Source: a virus
Length of the DNA: 47,795 nt
Strand: one strand, 5' to 3'
IMG/VR virus record: IMGVR_UViG_3300037088_000099
Span: 1-47,795 of that record
Shown here: positions 1 to 8,204 of the stretch, piece by piece
Numbering within the stretch: the first letter of the stretch is position 1
How the letters are laid out: the number at the start of each line of letters is the position of its first letter
Program-made: the position numbers and the translations under genes
Notes under the pieces: generated by a model
What the model was told of the DNA's origin: nothing
Seen by the model: the letters and a program-made list of their open reading frames with translations, nothing else
Databases searched by the model: none

Positions 1-127
1 TATAATGAACCTAGCCCCAGTACGGATGAGGCGAGAAAGACTCCGATTGGAGTAGGATGTATACCATGCAGATTACAATTACACTCACGGATGCACAGGA
101 ATCCGCCCTGTTTATGATGGGGAAGGA
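1..127. repeat. terminal direct repeat, left copy
   Basis: Bases 1-127 are identical to 47669-47795; genome unit is 47668 bp. Confidence 0.9.
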
Positions 128-332
128 CGAGGACGTGCAGCAAGCAATCGCGCAGTCCACTTTCACGGCACGCATCAAAGGCGACTTCAAGCGGTATCGG
201 GAAGCAGAGAAGAAAGTCAATGCAGCCATTTACGACGACTCATCCAAGCGCGGCGCGAAGTGGCCAGAGTCCAAAGACGATTATCTCAAGCGCATGGCGC
301 AGGAATCGCTGGCTGTCATTGCAGAACTGTAA
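57..332 (+). CDS. small ribbon-helix-helix-like DNA-binding protein (putative early regulator)
   Basis: 91-aa ORF with GGAG 4 nt upstream of the ATG. N-terminus ITITLTDAQESALFMMGK fits a beta-strand then helix RHH pattern. First gene after the divergent control region. Confidence 0.55.
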   Translation: MYTMQITITLTDAQESALFMMGKDEDVQQAIAQSTFTARIKGDFKRYREAEKKVNAAIYDDSSKRGAKWPESKDDYLKRMAQESLAVIAEL

Positions 333-392
333 CCTGCTAGTGCGCATATCCCAAGCATAGGTCTTGGACGTGCGCACAATGGAGGTCACAAT

Positions 393-641
393 ATGCCCCT
401 GCAATATCCGTACAATCCAAACGCGATGTATATTCACATCGCGCAAACTGAGGCGACGCGAGAAGAGAATATGCGCCGTATGCGTTCCTGCGATGGACTC
501 GCGCAGCCACACTCCGTGCACTATCAGCCATCTCTGCGTCCCGATGTTCCCACACTCCACGATCTCGCACAAGGCACAAGCGTACACGCGCAGATGCTAG
601 CTCTATTGCTGGTACGCGCGCAGCGCGAAGGGAGGATGTAG
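393..641 (+). CDS. hypothetical protein
   Basis: 82-aa ORF with GGAGG 8 nt upstream of the ATG. Overlapped by alternative-frame ORFs, so coding status is uncertain. Confidence 0.4.
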   Translation: MPLQYPYNPNAMYIHIAQTEATREENMRRMRSCDGLAQPHSVHYQPSLRPDVPTLHDLAQGTSVHAQMLALLLVRAQREGRM

Positions 642-1202
642 CTATGACAATCCCATATCTATCCTATCGGCTATCAACATCAGCTGAATATCTCCATAAT
701 GAATCACGAGTTGCGCTCTATCTCCGTCCATCTGCATTCCCAGCTCTCGCAGTTCGCTGGTATCTCGCAGCACGTGCAGAACGCGAGCGTATGAAGAACG
801 TATAATTCGCAGTACAAAAGAGTGTAGGTGCTTTGGCTTACCCTCGCTCTCTATCACCTTTCATCTCTATCACATACGCCATACCCTCTCAAGGTGGCGA
901 GGGGGGGTATGGCACGCGTGTGCTTTGAATTTCTCTCTCTCTGCTTTTCTCTGATTCGTGTTGAATTTGAGATTCTATTACAGAGTGCTCTTGTATTATA
1001 AAAAAAAAATATTTTTATAATATATAAGAGAACAGAAACTATGAAAGAGAAATCAATAGAAATTGAGAATTAGCACGGAAGAGAAATCATCGCTGCAAGC
1101 GTACGCACACCCCGATGTCTACCTTGAGAGGGTATCGGGTATGTCGATGATATGATGAGGGTTAGGCCGAAGTCTATCCAAAACCGCCTACACACTTTTG
1201 TC

Positions 1203-1231
1203 TTGACACGATGGCTTCGCCGGTATATGAT
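1203..1231 (+). promoter_or_regulatory. sigma70-like promoter (TTGACA, 17-nt spacer, TATGAT)
   Basis: TTGACA at 1203-1208 and TATGAT at 1226-1231. The cTTGACAc core recurs at 4121 and 9423. The predicted transcript start falls at the ATG at 1238. Confidence 0.45.
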
Positions 1232-1987
1232 GTCTACATGGCCAATTCAGATAAAACACGGTTAGCAAAGATTGATGCGGAGATTATTGATGTGCAGTAT
1301 CTCTATCAGCGCGAATTAGATCGGGAGGGTGAGTTGTCCCCGGAACGTAGACATTTGCTTGCTAGTCGTGGGTTTAAATACCGACTGGATAATTTGTATG
1401 CGAAGCGCGCGTTGCTGCGTAAGTTTATACCAGCGGCGCCTACTAAGGCGATGAATTATGTTACTGAAATGTCGCGTAGGCGCACGGAATATGATAATGT
1501 TTGTGAGGAATACGAGCGCGCATTGAAAACATTTGCGAATAAGATCGCAAATGTAGCATTAGTTGGATTGAATCTAGACAATGAACTAGAACTAAAATGT
1601 ATGCGCCGAGAAATTGGTGCGTTGAAGAGTTTGGTTTCAAGTAAGAATCGTGCTGTGAATAATTGGCTCGCAAAAGGTACATCTACAGAGTATAGTAGTG
1701 TGCTGAAAACTCAGTATATGCCACATCGAGCGGAGCGAGCACAATTACCTGAGCAGGCTGCGCCTTTAGCTCTTGCGCCAGTGATGCGGATTGAGGATAT
1801 GAGCGGAGATATGCAAGAGATTGCGCGTGCCAGCGCAGCGTGTACGGCTGCGAATGTTACTGACGCTGCGCATTCTACTCCGCCGGATACATATAGCGCG
1901 AGTTTTGCAGCACTGAATGCGGAACCTGCGCGCGAGGATGTTAGTAGTGGTTTACGAATGGCAGTTGAAAGTGAGGATGTGAAATGA
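1211..1987 (+). CDS. hypothetical early protein
   Basis: 258-aa ORF. The ATG at 1211 lies inside the predicted promoter, so the in-frame ATG at 1238 is the more likely start, implying a leaderless mRNA. Confidence 0.7.
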   Translation: MASPVYDVYMANSDKTRLAKIDAEIIDVQYLYQRELDREGELSPERRHLLASRGFKYRLDNLYAKRALLRKFIPAAPTKAMNYVTEMSRRRTEYDNVCEEYERALKTFANKIANVALVGLNLDNELELKCMRREIGALKSLVSSKNRAVNNWLAKGTSTEYSSVLKTQYMPHRAERAQLPEQAAPLALAPVMRIEDMSGDMQEIARASAACTAANVTDAAHSTPPDTYSASFAALNAEPAREDVSSGLRMAVESEDVK

Positions 1988-2241
1988 TAACAGAAATATA
2001 TCCCAGTGGTACTGGGACGTTCACAGCACGGATAGCACATGGAAAGTCTAGTGCTATGCGAACTGGATTCCGCACACGCGAATCAGCACAGGCGTATCTT
2101 ACAGCGATGGAGCCAAAAATGGTATCCGTCACGGATATGCACGATCCTGATGCGTATAGATACGCGCATAACGCAACTCACCAGCTACAGTTTGGTGGCC
2201 GGCAGATGCCACATTATATCCTGCACTCCGAGAGGAATTGA
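1984..2241 (+). CDS. hypothetical protein
   Basis: 85-aa ORF whose ATG overlaps the upstream stop (ATGA), suggesting translational coupling. Confidence 0.6.
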   Translation: MITEIYPSGTGTFTARIAHGKSSAMRTGFRTRESAQAYLTAMEPKMVSVTDMHDPDAYRYAHNATHQLQFGGRQMPHYILHSERN

Positions 2242-2244
2242 GCC

Positions 2245-2469
2245 ATGCCACGAGCTATAACATACAACTGTGATATATGCGGCGCACAGCGCAAAGAGGC
2301 AAATCATTGGTTTGCTGCTATTATCACAGCAGTAGGCGTAAGTATCATTACTTGGGCAAGTGCTGCACGGGATGGAAAGCTCGACTACGACGTAAAATAT
2401 CTGTGCGGACAAGCATGTGCACATAAACAACTCGATCAATTCCTACAATCCACATCGGAGTCCGAATAA
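2245..2469 (+). CDS. hypothetical Cys-containing small protein
   Basis: 74-aa ORF in the same-strand array; contains CDIC and CGQAC motifs. Confidence 0.55.
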   Translation: MPRAITYNCDICGAQRKEANHWFAAIITAVGVSIITWASAARDGKLDYDVKYLCGQACAHKQLDQFLQSTSESE

Positions 2470-2471
2470 CC

Positions 2472-2735
2472 ATGCCACATATTCCTGAACCTCAGTATGA
2501 ATGCTTTACTTGCGAGCAATACTTTGCTCGCACATCTGCGCTCATGGACGGTGTTCCGGTTGAGTACGCGACGGAATACTGCACGCGAGCATGTCAGCAA
2601 CAGTTTACAGAGCAGCTTGAAGCCGGCGCAGCTATGTCAAAGGCTGAGGGATTGGATGCACTACAACGTCCTGCGACTAGCACTGCTACGCTCATTGGTA
2701 TTGCACAGAAGTATGGATTGAAGTTAGCTAAGTAA
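2472..2735 (+). CDS. hypothetical Cys-containing small protein
   Basis: 87-aa ORF starting 2 nt after the upstream stop; contains CFTC and CTRAC motifs. Confidence 0.55.
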   Translation: MPHIPEPQYECFTCEQYFARTSALMDGVPVEYATEYCTRACQQQFTEQLEAGAAMSKAEGLDALQRPATSTATLIGIAQKYGLKLAK

Positions 2736-2776
2736 TTTCACGCAACATAACTTACTTTGAAAAAAGGAGTAATACA

Positions 2777-2992
2777 ATGGCTACCACAACACTCGCACGC
2801 AGGATTCGTAGGATTGGTGTGCTTCCCGGAACTAAGGGCATGCAGTTTGATGAAGAGTTTTTGCGCGACAATCGTGAAGTAACTGTAGCAGCAATTCGCG
2901 CAATAATGTATGATCGGCGTAGCATAGCGCGTGCAAAGCAACAGACTCCAGTAAAGAAAAATCGTCGTAGCCGCGCACGTCGCACTGCGTAA
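2777..2992 (+). CDS. hypothetical basic small protein
   Basis: 71-aa ORF with AAAGGAG upstream; Arg/Lys-rich C-terminus. Confidence 0.55.
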   Translation: MATTTLARRIRRIGVLPGTKGMQFDEEFLRDNREVTVAAIRAIMYDRRSIARAKQQTPVKKNRRSRARRTA

Positions 2993-3120
2993 TCTGTATC
3001 AACGCAAGTATTTATATCTTGCGTGCTGTACTCTATGAGAGAACTAAGTTATGTAGATTGACCGGGACATTTTACATAACAAGAGCGTTGAAATAGAGCA
3101 CAGCACGGAGGGTATAAACT

Positions 3121-3312
3121 ATGAACAATTCAACGCATATATCAGAACCATTCGCACCACATACAAATGCACGTCATCCACGATTTACGCGTAAAGCACT
3201 TGGTATAACTGCACGGCAATTCAAGAAGCAAAGAATTGCGCGGCTAGTATCGCTCGCAGAACAAGGAAAGATTGGCTATAGAAATATCATAGCAACAAAG
3301 GAGCTAGAATAA
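3121..3312 (+). CDS. hypothetical small protein
   Basis: 63-aa ORF with GGAGGG upstream. Confidence 0.5.
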   Translation: MNNSTHISEPFAPHTNARHPRFTRKALGITARQFKKQRIARLVSLAEQGKIGYRNIIATKELE

Positions 3313-3398
3313 TGCAAATAGCTGCGATCTTCGCATTACTATTCACATTGCTTGTCTTCGTATTCTGTTCGTTCATAGTTCTGGATGCACAGAAGTAA
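3312..3398 (+). CDS. small hydrophobic peptide (28 aa, single predicted TM helix)
   Basis: Manual translation MQIAAIFALLFTLLVFVFCSFIVLDAQK. Its ATG overlaps the upstream TAA (TAATG). Below the length cutoff of the ORF track. Confidence 0.4.
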   Translation: MQIAAIFALLFTLLVFVFCSFIVLDAQK

Positions 3399-3431
3399 TA
3401 ACAGCCTAACGGAGTACCACAGAGAGGTATT

Positions 3432-3503
3432 ATGAACAGCACTGGTTGTGCAATCTTCGCTTGTCTGTTTATTACAGGAATTCTATTCCTATGCTTTTAC
3501 TAA
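3432..3503 (+). CDS. small hydrophobic peptide (23 aa), paralogue-like to the preceding one
   Basis: Manual translation MNSTGCAIFACLFITGILFLCFY, preceded by AGAGAGG. Shares an AIFA-LF core with the upstream peptide. Confidence 0.4.
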   Translation: MNSTGCAIFACLFITGILFLCFY

Positions 3504-3693
3504 TATCAACCAGCGATTATATCGCTGTGTACGGCTAGGCACTAAGCGGGGAATACTCGTGAATCCCTAACTGCGACTGCATATTATGCAACGTCCTGGT
3601 CGAGGTTGCGCGCAATATGTAAGGCAGGTATTAGCTGAATCAACAGCTATAGCCGTACACAGGAGTATAATACTGTATACAGGAGATGGGAAT

Positions 3694-4101
3694 ATGGAAG
3701 AGAATCAGGTAAAGAAACAAACGCCGCAGGAAAAAGTGGTTGAATATTATCTTGTGCTTGCAAAATACTACGCAGCGCATCCGAATGCGATGGTCGAATA
3801 TCTGCCAACGATTCAATATCTCTGGATCGACGGAAAACCGGAAGAGTACAAAGCTGCTGGCGCGGGAGATAAGGAGTTCACGAATGATTATGTGAACTAT
3901 AAGGTAGAGCTTATTCCCAATAAGCTTACATTGAATTTCTGCACTCCGCGTGGAAATGTATGCAAGAAACGTGTAGTAGGCACGAAAGAAGTTCCAGAGT
4001 TTTATATTGCTGGGACAGCCGGAAGAGTAATCCCCGCGCATACGGAAGAAGTAATCGAATGGGATTGCCCTGAGTCGCTTCTAAAGGCCAAAGAATCCTA
4101 G
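3694..4101 (+). CDS. hypothetical protein
   Basis: In-frame ATG at 3694 within ORF 3586-4101, preceded by AGGAGATGGG; gives 135 aa. Confidence 0.6.
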   Translation: MEENQVKKQTPQEKVVEYYLVLAKYYAAHPNAMVEYLPTIQYLWIDGKPEEYKAAGAGDKEFTNDYVNYKVELIPNKLTLNFCTPRGNVCKKRVVGTKEVPEFYIAGTAGRVIPAHTEEVIEWDCPESLLKAKES

Positions 4102-4120
4102 CCTTACCCGCACCTTTACC

Positions 4121-4149
4121 TTGACACCTTGCGCGCGATGTGCGACAAT
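4121..4149 (+). promoter_or_regulatory. candidate sigma70-like promoter (TTGACA with weak -10)
   Basis: cTTGACAc at 4120-4127 matches the core at 1203 and 9423. The -10 is weak (GACAAT), so confidence is low. Confidence 0.3.
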
Positions 4150-4253
4150 GTAACTAGATCGCATACGCGCGCAATCGTCAGTGTAAAGTAGCTACGCACT
4201 GAAAAAGCGCACTATAGTAATACGGGCAACCCCCGTAGGAGAGTAATAAATCT

Positions 4254-4787
4254 ATGTCAACCACCGCAGTTATCTCTGATCCTAACACAATCGCAACTCT
4301 TCCAATCAGCAGCGAAGTTCTGAACTACACCGCTATTGTCGAACTTGACGAGAAAGGTGTAATCCAGAAGAAGTCCCTCACTACCAGCTCCAAGCGTGTG
4401 GAAACGCTGGAAGCTGCTGATTACTCCGGCAAGGAAATCATCGCATTCAAGCAGACTGTTTCTCGCCCGGTTGTTGGTACGCTTGCGGGATTCACTGATC
4501 TGTTCCCGGATGCTGATGCGCAGCTTTTCATTATCAACCGCGGTTTGAGTGCGTTTGCTGATGCGAAGGTTCGTTCTGTATTCCTGGAAACTGATAAGGA
4601 CGACACCGCGCTTGTTTTCCAGTCCACCACCGGCACGTATGATCTTACCGCTGATGTGCAGGATACGCCAGCACGCAAGCTCACGAGCGAGGAAACTCTG
4701 GTCGCCAGCCTGCGCAAGATGGGAGTCAGTTCGGATATGATCTCGCAGGTGTTTGCGAGCTTGCAGGCGAACAAGGCTACTGTCTAA
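4254..4787 (+). CDS. hypothetical early protein, probably highly expressed
   Basis: 177-aa ORF with AGGAGAG upstream, lying between a candidate promoter and a strong intrinsic terminator. Confidence 0.8.
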   Translation: MSTTAVISDPNTIATLPISSEVLNYTAIVELDEKGVIQKKSLTTSSKRVETLEAADYSGKEIIAFKQTVSRPVVGTLAGFTDLFPDADAQLFIINRGLSAFADAKVRSVFLETDKDDTALVFQSTTGTYDLTADVQDTPARKLTSEETLVASLRKMGVSSDMISQVFASLQANKATV

Positions 4788-4821
4788 ACGATATACGCAA
4801 TAGATTGCAGCATTTGAAGAC

Positions 4822-4860
4822 TGGCGCACGTTCAGTAAAATGGGCGTGCGCCATTTTTAA
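4822..4860 (+). terminator. intrinsic terminator
   Basis: Stem TGGCGCACG (4822-4830) pairs with CGTGCGCCA (4845-4853), followed by a T5 run, about 35 nt after the stop at 4787. Confidence 0.55.
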
Positions 4861-4881
4861 TTGTAGGGTAGGAGCATAACT

Positions 4882-5226
4882 ATGATCGCATGTGATTTAA
4901 ATCACTATAATGATGCTATAATGTATCTAAAAGGTGCTAGACATGATTTATCTGTAGCAGCTGCAAAACTTCAAGCCATGGGCGAAGGAGATGGTTGGCC
5001 TGAGTGGTATAAAATGGCTGAAACTGAAACGATAAGAGAGTTATTCCGGAAAGAAAAATGGTATAGCCCTGAAATGGATAATATACCAGAATTCATCTTA
5101 TTTCGCGGATTGCTTAGTAATTGGACACCGCGCAAAGAACAAGAGAGTCAAATAAAAATTGCTGCCGAGCGCATAGCAATTTATCAATGGGTAGAAGGTG
5201 AGATTATAAAAACATGGCACTCTTGA
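4882..5226 (+). CDS. hypothetical protein (AT-rich gene)
   Basis: 114-aa ORF with AGGAG upstream. Visibly more AT-rich than neighbouring genes. Confidence 0.6.
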   Translation: MIACDLNHYNDAIMYLKGARHDLSVAAAKLQAMGEGDGWPEWYKMAETETIRELFRKEKWYSPEMDNIPEFILFRGLLSNWTPRKEQESQIKIAAERIAIYQWVEGEIIKTWHS

Positions 5227-6074
5227 GTAACGGTCAACTTGCGAAATGCCCGCGATGCGGGATGAATATAGCTGGTGTACGGCTAACCACGGGACAAATA
5301 GCATATCATTGTACTTGGACATTTTGCGAGGATAAGAATAAAACACTGTGGAATTCTGAGATTCTTGCGCGTCCTGTACTCACACAAGCGCAGAAAGATT
5401 CTTATCGCATATCCGCAATGCTAAAAGCAGGCCAGAGTAACGCGCAGATACCAGGATTTTTTGCACAAGCATACGCACAAGCACAAGCTCCAACTGGCTC
5501 GCATCCAAATAATACACAGCCGATATACCCGATATACTCAGCACAACCGAGGCGCACTTCCATGAAAGAAATCCGAATAACATATCTCTACAACAATACA
5601 ATCGTAGAACTATATTTCATAACCATGCCACGCAAAGGCTGGTTCAAAGACAACATCCAGCCAGTTATAGATGTTATGAAAAATATGATTCCCGCGAACG
5701 CGCGTGAATACGACCCCGCGACGTTCAAATGGCAGATTGCGATTGAGTATTGGCCCGCGTTGCGACAGATATTGACCTCCACACAATTCGCGGTAAAGGA
5801 AGTATCGCCCTCTACTTCGCACGCGAACGTACCCAAAGATTATGCAGAGAATTTCTATCACGCGCCAGTAAAACGCGAGGTTGAGACGAAGGAGTCTATA
5901 CTTGTGCTGCTTGCAAAGCTACTCGGAATCCATGAGGATATTGCGAGTATGGAGCTGGTCGCGCTGAAAAAGAAATATCGTGAGGCTGCACGCCGATACC
6001 ATCCTGACCTCGGTGGAGATGCTGCGAAGATGGCGGAGTTGAATCGAGTTTGGAGTATATACAATACTAATTAA
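5214..6074 (+). CDS. J-domain (DnaJ-like) protein with N-terminal CxxC motif
   Basis: C-terminus LVALKKKYREAARRYHPDLGGDAAKMAELNRVWSIY has the HPD tripeptide in a helix II/III J-domain context. N-terminus has CPRCG. Confidence 0.8.
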   Translation: MALLSNGQLAKCPRCGMNIAGVRLTTGQIAYHCTWTFCEDKNKTLWNSEILARPVLTQAQKDSYRISAMLKAGQSNAQIPGFFAQAYAQAQAPTGSHPNNTQPIYPIYSAQPRRTSMKEIRITYLYNNTIVELYFITMPRKGWFKDNIQPVIDVMKNMIPANAREYDPATFKWQIAIEYWPALRQILTSTQFAVKEVSPSTSHANVPKDYAENFYHAPVKREVETKESILVLLAKLLGIHEDIASMELVALKKKYREAARRYHPDLGGDAAKMAELNRVWSIYNTN

Positions 6075-6083
6075 GGAGAAATT

Positions 6084-6341
6084 ATGCATACCGGAGCAGT
6101 CAGAGAGCTAGTAGCAGCAGCGGAAGAGGCGGCGGAATGGATACACGAGAGAACCACCCACAGCAAGATTGAGTACCTTCTCCGCGCATCGGTGGAAGCG
6201 GTCAAGGCGGAGGAGAAGCCGCAGACGCATGAGTTCTTCTCAGGCTCAAGCAATGGATTTCGAGTGTTCTGCCAACACGAAGAGACGACACGCTGTGGCC
6301 TACCCCACGACGCACCGAGCCACCAGACAGGAGGCAAATAA
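6084..6341 (+). CDS. hypothetical protein
   Basis: 85-aa ORF with AAGGAGA upstream. Confidence 0.5.
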   Translation: MHTGAVRELVAAAEEAAEWIHERTTHSKIEYLLRASVEAVKAEEKPQTHEFFSGSSNGFRVFCQHEETTRCGLPHDAPSHQTGGK

Positions 6342-6529
6342 TGCGAATCAAGCGTAATACTGCGGGCGGACTAACTATAATAGTAGGCCGTCTATCAATA
6401 TGGACTGACCCATGTGATAAATTCTGGAATTTTGTATATGGCAACAACAGATTTAATGTGAATTTATATTTAGGTTGGCTGAATTTCAGTTTTGTGAAGA
6501 AAGGAGCATATGAAACTCATAATTCGTAA
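6341..6529 (+). CDS. hypothetical small protein
   Basis: 62-aa ORF whose ATG overlaps the upstream stop (TAATG); overlaps the next gene by 20 nt. Confidence 0.35.
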   Translation: MRIKRNTAGGLTIIVGRLSIWTDPCDKFWNFVYGNNRFNVNLYLGWLNFSFVKKGAYETHNS

Positions 6530-6800
6530 ACAGGGCGCATATTGGAATGTCGATTTCAATGGCGCACATCGCTTTTATCCTGACTATCTCGGCGCAGTTA
6601 CATACGCTGATAAAACATGGCGGAGGTATTATAAAGAGCAAGCAGCGCACTCGATGATACTTGCGCTTGCTGCGAATCTCTTGGAAGCTGATGAACTTGC
6701 GCTATATACCAAACTCCGCAAGAACAAATGTGCTGGAATCACCGTCAAACAATACGGTTACGTCAAAGGAATCTACGAACGACAAAAGAGAGCGTGGTAA
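6510..6800 (+). CDS. hypothetical protein
   Basis: 96-aa ORF with GAAAGGAG upstream. Confidence 0.6.
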   Translation: MKLIIRKQGAYWNVDFNGAHRFYPDYLGAVTYADKTWRRYYKEQAAHSMILALAANLLEADELALYTKLRKNKCAGITVKQYGYVKGIYERQKRAW

Positions 6801-6801
6801 T

Positions 6802-6984
6802 ATGCAGATAATCGAGTGTCCGATATGTGGCACACCATGTGGTAAACGCTATCCTAGTACAGAAACTGATCCCGCATTCTGTGAGGGGATTGGTGAGAAT
6901 TTCTCAAGTAGTGAAGCAGGATTCGGAGTTTGGTGTTGTAGTCAAGATTGTTTAGATGAATACAACGAAGGCGCGATGCAGTAA
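6802..6984 (+). CDS. small zinc-ribbon protein
   Basis: In-frame ATG 1 nt after the upstream stop; 60 aa with CPICG and CCSQDC motifs. Confidence 0.5.
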   Translation: MQIIECPICGTPCGKRYPSTETDPAFCEGIGENFSSSEAGFGVWCCSQDCLDEYNEGAMQ

Positions 6985-6993
6985 GCGCAGCTC

Positions 6994-7025
6994 AAAGCAG
7001 CTACTTGCTAATTAGTAGCTGCTTT
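6994..7025 (+). terminator. perfect 12-bp hairpin, terminator-like
   Basis: AAAGCAGCTACT pairs with AGTAGCTGCTTT around an 8-nt loop, just after the stop at 6984. No long U-tract, so it may be an attenuator or processing site. Confidence 0.35.
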
Positions 7026-7058
7026 ATGGTGTACTTATACATCGAATAAGGAGAATAC

Positions 7059-7256
7059 ATGAAACATATTATTGTTGTAGCAACACCCGATGATGCTGTT
7101 ATAGATGGAGTAGATGAGCAAACATTACAGGATACTGTAATTACTGTGATTGAAGCTCTTTTTGAGCAGCATTATTCAGCAGTTTATACACAATCAACCT
7201 TCAATGCAAAATCAGCAGTCGTCGCAGTCAAAAAGATGTACAACGTGGAGGAATAA
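7059..7256 (+). CDS. hypothetical acidic small protein
   Basis: 65-aa ORF with AAGGAGA upstream. Confidence 0.6.
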   Translation: MKHIIVVATPDDAVIDGVDEQTLQDTVITVIEALFEQHYSAVYTQSTFNAKSAVVAVKKMYNVEE

Positions 7257-7553
7257 ATGAAACTCGAAGATATAACCGCGGAGCAATTTGATGCTTGGAT
7301 AGAGAAAACAACCAGTCCGGCTGAAAAACCAGACGATAACTGGCTCGCAGAAACCGCTATGGCAATGGAAACAATGAAATCAATGCCGGCATTGCGCGAA
7401 TATCTCACGCTAGTCGCGCTTGTTTCCAAGCTATCAGGCAAATCCAGTGCAAATGCAATTTTCACAATCGGTATTTGTCTCGGAATAGAATTCGCCGTTG
7501 ATCGCGCGGAGAGCGAGAAATTGGAGGCACTTGTATGCCCAGTCTCACAGTAA
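7257..7553 (+). CDS. hypothetical protein
   Basis: 98-aa ORF starting directly after the upstream stop. Confidence 0.55.
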   Translation: MKLEDITAEQFDAWIEKTTSPAEKPDDNWLAETAMAMETMKSMPALREYLTLVALVSKLSGKSSANAIFTIGICLGIEFAVDRAESEKLEALVCPVSQ

Positions 7554-8203
7554 TACAGAAACCAATCGTCTCTAGCAACGGGCGAATTCTTACCGGATTG
7601 GCTGCGCGGAAAGCACAGCTCGCGTCTGAGCTTGGGTTGCCGCAGGAGCTAAAACCGGGGCAGATGGAGCATAGGATTGGAATAGTATTTGATGATTCTG
7701 GTTCTATGCGAACGGATATGATCGAAGACGCGCATGTAGGATGCGAGGAATTCTTACGCTACTGCGAACCGAATAAAACCGCGGTATGTGTATATCCTAT
7801 GAACGCGGATGAGCTGTCGCTTAGTACGAATCTTCCTGCGCTCGCTATGCTTATCAATGGTATCCACGCAACAGGTGGGACTCCGTTGATTCAAAAGCTC
7901 AGTAAGATGCTGCGCGCGAATAAGCTCACACGCGCGATCGTATTTAGTGACGGGTGCCCGCAGTCGTATTCAGACGTAGACTATAATTTCTGTGTGGAAT
8001 CTAAGATTCCGGTAGACACAGTATTCATTGGTTCTGGCTATGGTAGCGAGTTCATGCAAAAGCTCGCCTCTGATTGCAACGGCATATTCCTGCAATTCGA
8101 GCGCGGAAAGTCTAATTTTCGTACTGCATTCAAATATCTGAGTCCCGGACTTCGGTATATGCTTGCGGACTCTTCATTCAGGGAAAAAATACAAGGGAGA
8201 TAG
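7535..8203 (+). CDS. von Willebrand factor type A (vWA) domain protein
   Basis: MIDAS-type DxSxS motif in IGIVFDDSGSM, then ATGGT and IVFSDG motifs in vWA order. No signal peptide. Confidence 0.75.
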   Translation: MPSLTVIQKPIVSSNGRILTGLAARKAQLASELGLPQELKPGQMEHRIGIVFDDSGSMRTDMIEDAHVGCEEFLRYCEPNKTAVCVYPMNADELSLSTNLPALAMLINGIHATGGTPLIQKLSKMLRANKLTRAIVFSDGCPQSYSDVDYNFCVESKIPVDTVFIGSGYGSEFMQKLASDCNGIFLQFERGKSNFRTAFKYLSPGLRYMLADSSFREKIQGR

Positions 8204-8204
8204 C

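Noticed and set aside
642-857. 71-aa GTG-initiated ORF on the - strand inside the early + strand region
   Set aside because: Opposite to the surrounding transcription direction, no convincing ribosome-binding site; more likely a chance ORF in a GC-rich spacer. Not excluded.
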